Positions 1 through 9,943 of a stretch of 64,000 nucleotides of DNA are shown here, piece by piece. The stretch's first letter is position 1. Each line of letters opens with the position of its first letter. The DNA comes from Candidatus Fervidifonticultor sextus (GTDB taxonomy: Bacteria > Sysuimicrobiota > Sysuimicrobiia > Sysuimicrobiales > Humicultoraceae): the NCBI GenBank assembly GCA_031459875.1, contig JAVKHQ010000005.1, positions 32,001-96,000 on the forward strand, given 5' to 3'. Under the pieces are notes generated by a model. That model had not been told where the DNA came from, ran no database searches, and saw nothing but the letters and a program-made list of their open reading frames with translations. The translations under genes were made by a program, and so were the position numbers.

Positions 1-2
1 GG

Positions 3-155
3 GGCAACATGCTCAGCGGCGCACGCACGTATTTGCGCACGGTGCCCGGGCTGGCCATCTTCCCGGGAATCCTGATCTTCATCACGGTCCTCTGCTACAA
101 CTGGTTTGGCGACGGCCTGCGCGATGCAATCGACCCTACCCTCGCCGAACGGTAG
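3..155 (+). CDS. ABC transporter permease (DppC/OppC-like), C-terminal fragment
   Basis: Frame from nt 3 reads GNMLSGARTYLRTVPGLAIFPGILIFITVLCYNWFGDGLRDAIDP...TAG, the typical OppC/DppC C-terminus; truncated by the window edge. Confidence 0.85.
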   Translation, partial: GNMLSGARTYLRTVPGLAIFPGILIFITVLCYNWFGDGLRDAIDPTLAER

Positions 156-158
156 GCC

Positions 159-1298
159 ATGGAGGTGATCGCTCCCATGCCCACGGCCACCTTGGCGCTC
201 ACCGGCGATCTGATGCTCAACCAGCCCATCGTCCAGGGGGGCCGATCGCCCGGCAGCGCGGCTGTCTGGGCGCTCCTGGACGGCGCGGATCTGGTCTTCG
301 TCAATCTCGAGTGCCCGCTGACCAGCCGGTGGGCGCCGGCAGACAAGGTCGTAACGTTCCGCAGCGACCCGCACCTGGCTCGCGACCTGGTCGCCGCCGG
401 CGTGGACGTGGTGACGGTGGCGAACAACCACATGTACGACCAGGGTGCCGAGGGCATGTTCGACACGCTGGCCGCACTGCGGGATGCAGGCCTGGCCCCA
501 GTCGGTGGGGGCGAGCACCTGGACGCCGCGCTGAGGCCAGCGGTCCTGCCGGCTGGCGGGATGCGAATTGCCTTCCTCGGCGTCGCGACCACGCTGCCGG
601 TCGGTTGCGCCGCCGCGCCGGACCGGCCCGGCCTGGCACCCATCCGCGTCACCACCAGCTACGTGGTCGACGCCTCCGGCCTGGAAGAGACGCCTGGGAT
701 CGCGCCCTTTGTGGAAACACGCGCCTGGCCCGGCGACGTGGAGGCGGTGGTCGCTGCGGTCGGCGCCGCCAGGCGCCAGGCCGATGCCTGCGTGGTTGGC
801 ATCCACTGGGGGGTGCCCAACGGCTGGGTGGCCCAGTTCCAGGATCCTCTCGCCACGTACCAGCGGCCGCTGGCGCGGGAGCTGGTACGCGCCGGCGCTG
901 ATGTGGTGGTCGGCCACCATCCCCACGTGTTGCACGGCATCGAGATGCTCGACGGGCGGCCGGTATTCTACAGCCTGGGCAACTTCGTCTTCCACACGCT
1001 GCGGGTGGGCGCGCAGCCGGCGCTGCGGCGGCCTGACCCCCCGTACAGCTGGCGGAGCCTGCGGTCGCCGGTCAATCTCGATTCAGCGGTCGCCCTCGTC
1101 ACTCTGGACGCCGGCCGGGTCGCGGCCATCCAGATCGTTCCACTTGTGCTCAACGGGGTCGGAGACCCCGAGCTGGCCACGGGCGCGGACGCCACGCGGA
1201 TCCTGGCGGCGCTGGGCGCGCTGTCGGAGCCCCTGGGGACGCGGATTGCCCCAGACGGCGATCGCGGGCGAGTGGAGCTTTGCGGGTCGGAACCGTGA
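159..1298 (+). CDS. CapA/PGA_cap family metallophosphoesterase-like protein
   Basis: Motifs GDLML, NLECP, ANNHMYD, IHWG, GHHPHV, YSLGNF. Confidence 0.88.
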   Translation: MEVIAPMPTATLALTGDLMLNQPIVQGGRSPGSAAVWALLDGADLVFVNLECPLTSRWAPADKVVTFRSDPHLARDLVAAGVDVVTVANNHMYDQGAEGMFDTLAALRDAGLAPVGGGEHLDAALRPAVLPAGGMRIAFLGVATTLPVGCAAAPDRPGLAPIRVTTSYVVDASGLEETPGIAPFVETRAWPGDVEAVVAAVGAARRQADACVVGIHWGVPNGWVAQFQDPLATYQRPLARELVRAGADVVVGHHPHVLHGIEMLDGRPVFYSLGNFVFHTLRVGAQPALRRPDPPYSWRSLRSPVNLDSAVALVTLDAGRVAAIQIVPLVLNGVGDPELATGADATRILAALGALSEPLGTRIAPDGDRGRVELCGSEP

Positions 1299-1374
1299 CG
1301 CCAGGGGGAGTTCGCGCCAGTGTCGGCAAAGTCGCCAGCAGCACGCTCAACCCCACGCGGCAGGGAGGGGTGCC

Positions 1375-2443
1375 ATGAAGATCACCATTGTGGGCGCCGG
1401 CGCCATCGGCGGCACCATGGGCGCCTATCTCGCGCGCGCCGGCTGCGAGATCACCTTCGTCGACGTGGCCGAGGACCATGTGGAGGCCATCAATACCCGT
1501 GGCCTCACCATCGAGAGCCAGGACGAGACCTTTACGGTGGGGGCGCGGGCCCTCCTCCCGGACCAGATGCAGGGTCCACTGGGGATGGTCTTCCTGGCCA
1601 CCAAGACCATGCACACGGACATCGCCGCGCGCCAGATTGCCCCCCATCTGGCCCCAGACGGCGCCATCGTCTCGATGCAGAACGGGTTCAACGAGGAGCG
1701 CATCGCGGCCGTTGTGGGTGCCCAGCGCACCATCGGTGCGTGCGTCAACTTCGGCGCCGACTATCTCGAGCCGGGCCGCATCATGTTCGGCGGCGCGGGG
1801 GCGCTCTACGTGGGCGAGCTCGACGGCACCACCTCGGCCCGCGTGGTCGAGGTGGTGGAAGCGCTGCGGTCGAGCTTCCTGCCCCACGCCCAGGCCACCA
1901 CCAACATCTGGGGGTACCTGTGGGGCAAGCACGCGTACGCGGCAATGCTGAAGGCCACCGCCCTGACCGACGAGACCATCGCCGACGTGCTGGCCCATCC
2001 CGAGGCCAGGCCGGCGCTGGCGAACCTGGCGGCCGAGGTGCTGGCCCTCGCCGAAGCCGAGGGCGTGCGGCCCGAGGCGTTCGACGGATTCGAGCCTGAT
2101 GCGTTCGTCTTCCCCCCCCCGCCGCGACCAGGCCAGGATGGAAGCCAGCCTCGACGCCCTGGTCGCGGTCAACCGCAAGTGGGCCAAGGCCAGGAGCGGC
2201 GTCTGGCGGGACCTGGCGGTGCGCATGCGCAAGACCGAGGTCGAAACCGTGGCAGCGGAGCTGCGCGGACGGGCCCTGAAGCACCGCATCCCTATCCCTT
2301 TGGTGGATGCGGTCGCCGGCATGATCGGCGAGGTCGAAGCGGGGAAGCGGTCCAGAAGCTGGGGCAACATCCGGGCGCTGGCCCACCTGAATACGCGCAC
2401 CTACGGCGCCCGGGCTGAGGGCGAGGTGGCCGGTTATGTCTAG
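1375..2443 (+). pseudogene. 2-dehydropantoate 2-reductase-like (ApbA/PanE family), frameshifted in a C9 run
   Basis: ATG 1375 after GGGAGGGG; MKITIVGAGAIGG, QNG, NIWGYLWGK. The C-terminus (SGVWRDL..RKTEV) lies in the +1 frame (ORF 2099..2443); removing one C from 2112-2120 restores one ORF. Confidence 0.8.
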
Positions 2444-3275
2444 CGCGGCGCCGCCATCTGGGCACGGACCGCAGGCAGGGCCAACCTACGCGGTGGATCC
2501 TCTGGACTTCTCCGGACGCGTGGTGCTGGTCACCGGAGCCGCCCACGGCATCGGGCGCGGCATCTGCGAGGCGTTTGCCGGCCGTGGCGCGACGGTCTGG
2601 GGCTGTGATGTGCTCGAGGAGGAACTGGCCGAGACCGTGCGGCGCTGCCGCGCGGCTAGCGGGACCGCCCACGGACGCACGGTCGATGCCACAGAGGCAG
2701 CGTCTGTGCACACGTTCGTGGAAGAGATCTGCGACAGGCATGGCGCCGTCGACGTGCTGGTCCATGCTGCGGGCGGGGTTCAGTATCAGCTTCCCCGGCC
2801 AGTGGAGACGGTCCCTCTCGACGACTGGCGCCGCATCGTCGCCGCCAACCTTGACAGCGCGTTCCTGTTCGTGCGGGCCGTGGTGCCGGGCATGAAGGCG
2901 AGGAGGTTCGGGCGGATCGTTACCATCTCGTCCGGGGCTGGCCGCTCCTACAGCCAGACCGGCATCCAGGCCTATGCTGGAGCAAAGGCCGGGCTGATCG
3001 GATTTACGCGCCAGATCGCCCGCGAGCTGGGCCCGTGCGGGATCACTGCCAACTCCGTGGCGCCAGGTTTCGTGCTTTCCAACCCGTCGTCGATCGCCCA
3101 GTGGGAAGCCCTGGGCACCGAGGGACAGGCAAGGTTTCTCGACGCGCTGGCGGTGCGGCGCCTGGGCACGCCCGAAGATGTGGCGCTGGCGGTGCTCTTC
3201 TTCGCCTCGCCCTGCGCGTCGTACATCACTGGCCAGACGCTGAGCGTCGACGGCGGCCGCTGGATGCTGGGTTGA
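2436..3275 (+). CDS. SDR family oxidoreductase (FabG-like)
   Basis: TGAAHGIG, YAGAK (YxxxK), NSVAPG, ITGQTLSVDGG. Confidence 0.92.
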   Translation: MSSAAPPSGHGPQAGPTYAVDPLDFSGRVVLVTGAAHGIGRGICEAFAGRGATVWGCDVLEEELAETVRRCRAASGTAHGRTVDATEAASVHTFVEEICDRHGAVDVLVHAAGGVQYQLPRPVETVPLDDWRRIVAANLDSAFLFVRAVVPGMKARRFGRIVTISSGAGRSYSQTGIQAYAGAKAGLIGFTRQIARELGPCGITANSVAPGFVLSNPSSIAQWEALGTEGQARFLDALAVRRLGTPEDVALAVLFFASPCASYITGQTLSVDGGRWMLG

Positions 3276-3315
3276 CAGCCGCAATCACGACAGACGCCTC
3301 ACGAGGGGGACACGG

Positions 3316-5052
3316 ATGGCTCGCTGGATCATGACCACCCCGCCGTACGATCAGGTGAATGCCGCCCGCATGATGGCCGACGTCGAGGCCCTGGCACGCT
3401 GGGTCCGGCTGTCGGGCACCTCGCACGAAATGGAAGCCGTTCGATACGCGCAGAAACGACTCCGCGCCGCCGGATGTCAGACGCGGGTCATCCTGCACGA
3501 TGCCTTCATCAGCCTCCCTGGCACGGCGTCCCTGCAGGTGCTGACCGGCGGGTCGGCGGCTGCGGTCCCCTGCATCACCCATTCGTTCGCGGCGCCCACC
3601 GGGCCCGGCGGCCTCGAGCGCGCGGCAGTGTACGCGGCCGTCCCCGCCGACCTGGCAGGCGTCGCGGCTGGCAGGATCGCGGTCGTCGATGGGCTGGCAA
3701 GCCCGGCTGTGGTGCGCGCCGTGGAGATGGTCGGCGCTGCGGGGCTGGTCTGCCTCAACCGGGATCCCTACGTCCACGAGATGATCGTGTCGCCCGTCTG
3801 GGGCAGCCCCACCCTGGAGGACCTGGCGGCGCTGCCGAAGATCCCCGTGGTGTCGGTAGCGGGGCGCGACGCCGGCCCCGTGCGCGAGGCGGCGCGGACG
3901 GGCGCCCGTTTACGGCTCTTCGCGGAGGTCGACACCCGGTGGCGCAAGACCCCGATCCTGATCGGAGAGTTGCCGGGCGCGGTGGAGGAGACCTTCGTGC
4001 TCTTCTCAGGGCATCTGGACTCGTGGCATCGCGGCGCCATGGACAACGGGGGGGCCAACGCCACGATGTTGGAGCTGGCACGGGTGATGGGGTCGGTGCG
4101 GCGCTACCGCGGCGTGCGGTTTGCGTTCTGGTCGGGTCACTCCCACGGCCGCTACTCGGGCTCCACGTGGTACGCGGACCACTACTGGCACGAATTGGAC
4201 GCACGTTGCGTGCTGCACCTCAATGTGGATTCCACCGGTGGTCGAGGATCGGTCCTCAACCGGCACGCCTATGCCATGCCCGAGACGCGCGGGGTCGCGG
4301 ATGCGGTGATCCGAGAGCTTGCCGGCGGTCGCTTCGTAGGCCAGCGCGTCGGACGGATGGGCGACCAGTCGTTCCTGGGCGTCGGCCTGCCCTCGCTATT
4401 GATGGACATCTCCGAGCAGGAGGGCACGTCGCCGGAAGCCAGCGTGGACTTCTCCGCCTTCAGCGGAGGCGGAACTGGCGGGCTGGGTTGGTGGTGGCAC
4501 ACGACCGAGGACACACCCGACAAGATCGACCCGGCGTTGCTGGAAAGGGATGCCAGGGTCTACCTTGGTATCCTGCACGCATTCGTGACCTCGCCGGTCC
4601 TGCCGCTGGACTACGGCGCGGCGGCGCACGAGTGGTTGAAGCGGCTGCGTGAGGTCCGGGCGGCCTCTACCTGGGCCGATGTGAAAGGGGCGCTGGCCGA
4701 GGCACGCAGGCTCGCGCACGCGGCCGAGCTCCTGCACCGGCACGCGCAGGCAGTGGCGGCGTCCGGCGACCGGTCGAGCATCAGGGCCACCAACGCCGCG
4801 CTGATGGCCATGGGACGTGCTCTGATCCCCATCGACTTCACGCGGGCCGGCCGCTTCGGCCACGACCCCGCCCTGCCCCAGTCAGATCCCCCGCACTTGG
4901 CGGCGCTGCGCGCGCTGGCGCATGCGTCAGGCGATGAGGCGAGGCACCTGGCCGTGCAGGCGGTGCGGGATCTCAACGCCATCCGCCACGCGCTGGCCAC
5001 GGCCGCCCAGGCCGCGGAAGCGGTGGTCTCAGCCCCGCGGCCAAGTCGCTGA
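3316..5052 (+). CDS. M28 family metallopeptidase with PA-like insert
   Basis: SGHLDSW, GAMDNGG, NVDS, WWHTTEDT motifs. Confidence 0.82.
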   Translation: MARWIMTTPPYDQVNAARMMADVEALARWVRLSGTSHEMEAVRYAQKRLRAAGCQTRVILHDAFISLPGTASLQVLTGGSAAAVPCITHSFAAPTGPGGLERAAVYAAVPADLAGVAAGRIAVVDGLASPAVVRAVEMVGAAGLVCLNRDPYVHEMIVSPVWGSPTLEDLAALPKIPVVSVAGRDAGPVREAARTGARLRLFAEVDTRWRKTPILIGELPGAVEETFVLFSGHLDSWHRGAMDNGGANATMLELARVMGSVRRYRGVRFAFWSGHSHGRYSGSTWYADHYWHELDARCVLHLNVDSTGGRGSVLNRHAYAMPETRGVADAVIRELAGGRFVGQRVGRMGDQSFLGVGLPSLLMDISEQEGTSPEASVDFSAFSGGGTGGLGWWWHTTEDTPDKIDPALLERDARVYLGILHAFVTSPVLPLDYGAAAHEWLKRLREVRAASTWADVKGALAEARRLAHAAELLHRHAQAVAASGDRSSIRATNAALMAMGRALIPIDFTRAGRFGHDPALPQSDPPHLAALRALAHASGDEARHLAVQAVRDLNAIRHALATAAQAAEAVVSAPRPSR

Positions 5053-5209
5053 GGATGTCGCCCACCGAGTTCTCCGCCAGCGTGACGTCGAAGGCCTGGG
5101 GAGGGGTGCACCAACGCGGGTGACGCGGCGGGTCACGATCATCGGTTCCTGCGCTGTCGCCGACCTTAGGCGACGGCGCACTGGAGGACTCGCCCCCTTG
5201 CCCGCCCCG

Positions 5210-5938
5210 ATGCGACTGCCTGGCGTCTTGCTGGCCGCCGTGGTGGTCGGTGCCGCGTTCAGCCTCCCCCGGCCCGCTCCGGTATCACCGTCCGCCCCGG
5301 CAACACCCGATCCGTTCGCCGACGCCCGCCGGACGATGGTGGAGACCCAGATCCGGGCGCGAGGGATCCGCGACGAACGGGTCCTGCGCGCGATGCTGAC
5401 CGTCCCCCGGCACCGCTTCGTCGACGCCCGCTATCTCGCGCAGGCCTACAACGACCACCCGCTGCCCATTGGCTACGGCCAGACCATCTCGCAGCCCTAC
5501 ATCGTGGCCCTCATGTCCGAGCAGGCCTCGGTGCGGCCGGGGAACCGCGTGCTGGAGATCGGCACGGGCTCGGGCTATCAGGCCGCGATCCTGGCTGAAC
5601 TCACCGATCAGGTCTACACCATCGAGATCATCGAGCCCCTGGCCCGCGCCGCCGAGCAGCGGCTGCGGGACCTCGGCTACCGGCAGGTACGCACGCGCAT
5701 CGGCGACGGCTACCTGGGCTGGCCCGAGGCCGCGCCCTTCGACGCGATCCTGGTTACCGCCGCGCCCGACCACGTGCCGCCTCCGCTGGTCCAACAATTG
5801 AAGGAAGGAGGTCGGATGGTGATCCCGGTCGGCCCGCCCGGGCTGGTGCAGACCCTGTGGCGCATCACGAAGGCCGACGGGCAGCTGAAGTTCACCAATC
5901 TGGGCGACGTGGCGTTCGTGCCGCTGGTGCGCCGGTAG
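5210..5938 (+). CDS. pcm: Protein-L-isoaspartate O-methyltransferase with hydrophobic N-terminal extension
   Basis: PIGYGQTISQPYIVALM, VLEIGTGSGYQAA, APFDAILVTAA, FVPLV; start ATG 5210 or TTG 5198. Confidence 0.92.
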   Translation: MRLPGVLLAAVVVGAAFSLPRPAPVSPSAPATPDPFADARRTMVETQIRARGIRDERVLRAMLTVPRHRFVDARYLAQAYNDHPLPIGYGQTISQPYIVALMSEQASVRPGNRVLEIGTGSGYQAAILAELTDQVYTIEIIEPLARAAEQRLRDLGYRQVRTRIGDGYLGWPEAAPFDAILVTAAPDHVPPPLVQQLKEGGRMVIPVGPPGLVQTLWRITKADGQLKFTNLGDVAFVPLVRR

Positions 5939-8414
5939 CCCCGGGAGCCCAGGCGGAGGTGCCCGGCCCGCGGGACCATCCGGCCCGGTGCGCCACGAGG
6001 CCTGCCCCTGCGTAGGCCAGCGCTCCCGCCAGCAGCACAGGCCGGAACCCCCCTTCCAGGGCGAGCATCGCGGCCAGGATGGAGGCGAGCACCGAGGCAC
6101 AGCCGTTGATCCCCCACGCCCACGGCACGAGTCGGGGATCGAACCGTCCGACCAGGGCGATCCCGGCGGGAAAGGGCATGCCCATGAGGATGCCCGAGGG
6201 CCCGATCACTGCGGCCAGGACGGCGAGCCGGCCCGGGGTGGCCAGGCCGAGGGCGGCGTCGAGGATCTGCGGCAGCGTCCAGGCGATCGCGGCGACCACT
6301 GCGGCCAGCGCGACAGCCACCGGCAGCAGTCGTCGGCCCACGCGCGGGGCCAGCAGGCTGCCGGCGCCCGACGACACCAGCAGCCCGGCGAGCACGACGG
6401 CTGCGGCGTGGGTCGGGGAGCCCAGGACCAGGATCATCTGCTGCAGCAGGGGGATCTCCACGAAGAGAAACGCCAGACCCAGGAGCAGGAAGTAGAGGAA
6501 GACGCTCCGCCCCCCGGGACCGGTCGCCGCCGTCGCCGGGACGCCCACCACGCGGAGCGGGGCCAGGATCAGCGCCGCACTCAAGAGGGCGACGATCGCC
6601 AGCAACCCGACCAGGACCAGGTAGCCGCCGCCGCCGAACGGCTGCCAGGTCCTCCCGAGAGTGGCCAGAATCCTCGGCACCTGCTGCCACCGGAAGAAGT
6701 GAAAGAAGAATGGCCACCCGTCGCGCGCCGGCCGCACATCGAACGGATACCCGCCAAGGAACGCCGAGCGCCGGACCGGGTCGAGGATCGCGAGGAAGGC
6801 CGCCCGGTGGAGGTCTGTCGGCATCACGGTATAGCGGTTGGCGGCTTCGACCTCCACGCCCGGCGCGTAGGTGATGTCGAACCGGCGCGAGGCCGCAAAT
6901 GCCCGCACGGCCGCCACGTCGGCGGGCGCGAAGCCGTCCGGCTTGACCAGCACGGTCATCGTGTTCAGGGAACGCAGGGCGACCAGTCGGGAGGCGGGGT
7001 CGGGCGGCCCGGTGGCCCGCATGCCCCCGCGGCCGGAGGGGGCCGACCGCTCCAGCGCCAGCACCGCCGCAGCCCAGACGCGGATCTCCTCGCTGGGCGG
7101 CGTCTGGATCCACCGCGTCACCGCCAGCACGCCGCCGGGGGCCAGGCATTTCAGGTAGGCGCCCATGGCCTCCACGGTGTACAGGTAGTGCTCCGCCAGC
7201 GAGAACGCACCGGAGGCCACCACCTGAAACGATTCGAGTAGAGGGACCTGGATGACGTCGAAGCGCTCACGGGTCCGCCGGAGATAGGTGCGCGGGTGTT
7301 CCACGACGATCCGGACTTGGGAGGGAGCGCCCGGTGCGTCGAGGACGCCTCTGCCGAAGCGGCGCGCGGCCTCCGCGACCAGAGGGTTGGCCTCCAGGAT
7401 CGTGACCGGGCCCATCCCCTGGTGGAGCGCGCCGAGCACCTCGACGCCCATGCCCACGATCAATGCCCGGCCCGAGCGGAGATGGTAGGCGACCGCCGTC
7501 GGCAGATATTCCGTGAAGGTGGCATCCGTCCCCACCGGCAGCCCTCGGGTGCCCTCGCCGTCGATCGTCAGGCCCGGCAGCGAGGGTGGGATCCCGGCAA
7601 ACACGTGGCTGAGTCCCGGCGCCGACCGCACCGCGGCGCTGCGCACCACGTCCACCCGTGAGATGGCATTCTCCCGTGAGAACACCACACGGGCATCGGG
7701 GAGACGGCGGAGCTGGCTGAGGCTCTTGTACGGCGACAGGGGGAGTTCGACGGGCAGGGTCGCCCCGAGCGCGGTGACCACGGCCAGGGCGGCAGCCCCC
7801 AGCGTCTTGGGGGCCCACGCGCGCCGGTGCGAGGCCGCCCACAGGATGGCGCTCCCGGCCGCCGCGGCCGCCCCCGAGGCGATCATGCAGCCCGGTCCCC
7901 CCAGCGTTTCCAGCAGCGGCACCGCAGCCAGCGCGCCGCCCGCCGCGCCAAGGAATGAGGCGGCATAGAGGCTGCTGGCGCGATGGGGAAACCCGGCCAG
8001 TAGCACGCCGGTCACCAGGCCGCCGAAGAAGAAGGGTAGGACGAGTGCCGCCACCACGACCGCCAGGAACAGCCACTGGGTTGGATCCAGGGCGACCAGG
8101 TAGGCGTCGGCGGGGACCGTGACGACCGCCAGCAGCGCCAGACCGACCGACGGCGCCACCGCCAAGGCTGCCCACGCCGCGGTCGGCAGCGGCGCGCCGC
8201 GCAGCACCGGGACGACGGCCAGCGCGGTCCCGCTGGCCCCGAAGCCCAGCAGCCCCAGGCCCACGGCCATGAAGGCGAAGTGGTGCCACTGCACGAAGGA
8301 GAAGATCCGCGTGAGGGCGACCTGCTCGATCAGCGTGGCGGCGGCGACCAGCGCGACGCCCGCGTGGACACCCGCGCCGGCGGCCCCGCCCCCCTGGCGG
8401 CGTGGCTCGGTCAC
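5892..8414 (-). CDS. Large membrane protein with central spermidine-synthase/SAM-methyltransferase-like domain
   Basis: N-terminal TM bundle (EQVALTRIFS), central SRVDV/FDVI/YLYTVEA, C-terminal TMs with WAWGING and GMPFP. Confidence 0.78.
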   Translation of the reverse strand: MTEPRRQGGGAAGAGVHAGVALVAAATLIEQVALTRIFSFVQWHHFAFMAVGLGLLGFGASGTALAVVPVLRGAPLPTAAWAALAVAPSVGLALLAVVTVPADAYLVALDPTQWLFLAVVVAALVLPFFFGGLVTGVLLAGFPHRASSLYAASFLGAAGGALAAVPLLETLGGPGCMIASGAAAAAGSAILWAASHRRAWAPKTLGAAALAVVTALGATLPVELPLSPYKSLSQLRRLPDARVVFSRENAISRVDVVRSAAVRSAPGLSHVFAGIPPSLPGLTIDGEGTRGLPVGTDATFTEYLPTAVAYHLRSGRALIVGMGVEVLGALHQGMGPVTILEANPLVAEAARRFGRGVLDAPGAPSQVRIVVEHPRTYLRRTRERFDVIQVPLLESFQVVASGAFSLAEHYLYTVEAMGAYLKCLAPGGVLAVTRWIQTPPSEEIRVWAAAVLALERSAPSGRGGMRATGPPDPASRLVALRSLNTMTVLVKPDGFAPADVAAVRAFAASRRFDITYAPGVEVEAANRYTVMPTDLHRAAFLAILDPVRRSAFLGGYPFDVRPARDGWPFFFHFFRWQQVPRILATLGRTWQPFGGGGYLVLVGLLAIVALLSAALILAPLRVVGVPATAATGPGGRSVFLYFLLLGLAFLFVEIPLLQQMILVLGSPTHAAAVVLAGLLVSSGAGSLLAPRVGRRLLPVAVALAAVVAAIAWTLPQILDAALGLATPGRLAVLAAVIGPSGILMGMPFPAGIALVGRFDPRLVPWAWGINGCASVLASILAAMLALEGGFRPVLLAGALAYAGAGLVAHRAGWSRGPGTSAWAPGATGAPAARTPRRPDW

Positions 8415-8462
8415 GGCATGGCCTTCGCGGCCGCCGCGGGGCGGTCCTACCGCGCCGGGCGC

Positions 8463-8508
8463 GAAGGATCTTTTCGGATGCCCAGGAGAATTTCAGAAGG
8501 ATTTTTTC
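8463..8508. promoter_or_regulatory. Two imperfect palindromic boxes, candidate RpiR/MurR operators
   Basis: GAAGGATCTTTTC (8463-8475) and GAAGGATTTTTTC (8496-8508), 33 bp apart, in the AT-rich divergent intergenic region. Confidence 0.55.
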
Positions 8509-8531
8509 ATCCCCTCCCGAAGGGAACCCCG

Positions 8532-9395
8532 ATGCCCCCCGAGCCGTCCGCAGGGATCGGGAGCCTGACGCGCCTGCGCGAGATGCGCCCGCGGCTGGCT
8601 CACGCCGAACGCAGGCTGGCCACCTACATCCTCAAGCACCCCCGCCAGGTCCTGGATTCCTCCATTACCCTGGTGGCTGGCCGCGCTGGGGTCAGCGAGG
8701 CCACCGTTGTCCGGCTGTGTCGGCGCATCGGATGCCGCGGCTACCAGGACCTGCGGATCCGTCTGGCCGCCGACTTGGTCCTGCCGCCCCGCCAGCTCTA
8801 CCAGGAGATCGAGCCCGCAGACGACGCGACGGCGGTGAAGCGCAAGGTCTTCGGGCTGTCGGTGCGCGCCCTGGAGGAGACGCTGGATGTCCTGGACGAT
8901 CGGGCCCTGGAGAGCGCCGTCGAGGCGATCACCGGCGCGCGCCGTGTGGACTTCTACGGCGTGGGCGCCTCGGGGCTCGTGGCGCTGGATGCCCACCAGA
9001 AGTTCCTGCGCATCGGCGTCGAGGCCCAGGCCTTCACCGACCCCCACGTCCAGGCGGCCTCGGCGGCGCTGTTGCGCAAGGGCGACGTCGCCGTGGGGAT
9101 CTCCGAGTCGGGGTCGACCCGCGACACGGTGCACGCCCTGGGCGTGGCGCGGGCGGCGGGGGCCACCACCATCGCCATCACCCGCTACGGGCCGTCACCC
9201 ATCGCCAAGGTGGCGCAGATCCGGCTGCACACCCTCTCGCCCGAGAGCGGCATTCGGGGCGGGGCGCTGGCCAGCCGCATCGCGCAGCTCGCCGTCGTCG
9301 ACGCCCTGATGGTCGCTGTGGCCCTGCGCCGCTACGACGCGACGCTGGCGGCCCTGCGGGCCACGCGCGACGCGGTGGCGGAGAAGAAGTTCTGA
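8532..9395 (+). CDS. MurR/RpiR family transcriptional regulator
   Basis: HTH GVSEATVVRLCRRIGCRGYQDL plus SIS domain (YGVGASG, ISESG, SRIAQL). Confidence 0.93.
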   Translation: MPPEPSAGIGSLTRLREMRPRLAHAERRLATYILKHPRQVLDSSITLVAGRAGVSEATVVRLCRRIGCRGYQDLRIRLAADLVLPPRQLYQEIEPADDATAVKRKVFGLSVRALEETLDVLDDRALESAVEAITGARRVDFYGVGASGLVALDAHQKFLRIGVEAQAFTDPHVQAASAALLRKGDVAVGISESGSTRDTVHALGVARAAGATTIAITRYGPSPIAKVAQIRLHTLSPESGIRGGALASRIAQLAVVDALMVAVALRRYDATLAALRATRDAVAEKKF

Positions 9396-9943
9396 TGGCC
9401 TCCTCCCTGGTCATCCGCCGGCTGCGGGCAGAGGACGTGGAGCCCTGCGCCCGGATCATCGCGGGCGATCCCCTCTGGCAGCGCTATGAGGTGAGGCTCC
9501 CGCAGGCACGGCGGATGGTGCGCGCCGCACTGGCCGCATCCCGGCGCGGCGGACCGGCAGCCCGGGCGGCGGGAGAGTTCGCCGTGGCGCGCACGAGGGG
9601 GCAGGTGGTCGGCTTCGTCTGGTTCCGGCTGGACGGCACCTTCCACCACAGCGGCTACGTCCGACTGCTGGGCGTCGCGCCCCACGCGCGCGGGCGCGGG
9701 GTCGGCAGGCGCCTGATGGCGCATGCCGAGCGACGCCTGTTTGCGGCGGGCCCGAACGTGTTCCTCCTGTGCTCGGACTTCAACAGCGGGGCCCAGGCCT
9801 TCTACGAGAAACTGGGCTACACCACGGTCGGGGCGATTCCCGACTACATCGTGCGGGGGGTGACCGAGCGGCTGTACCGGAAGACCCGGGGTCCCATCGT
9901 GACCCGGGAGACGAGAGACCACCGAAGGAGGCGAAGCCAGTGA
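9395..9943 (+). CDS. GNAT family N-acetyltransferase
   Basis: LGVAPHARGRGVGRRLM, AQAFYEKLGY; TGATG coupling to the RpiR gene. Confidence 0.88.
   Translation: MASSLVIRRLRAEDVEPCARIIAGDPLWQRYEVRLPQARRMVRAALAASRRGGPAARAAGEFAVARTRGQVVGFVWFRLDGTFHHSGYVRLLGVAPHARGRGVGRRLMAHAERRLFAAGPNVFLLCSDFNSGAQAFYEKLGYTTVGAIPDYIVRGVTERLYRKTRGPIVTRETRDHRRRRSQ

Noticed and set aside
159..1298. Poly-gamma-glutamate capsule locus
   Set aside because: No capB/capC and no membrane anchor; the context is catabolic.
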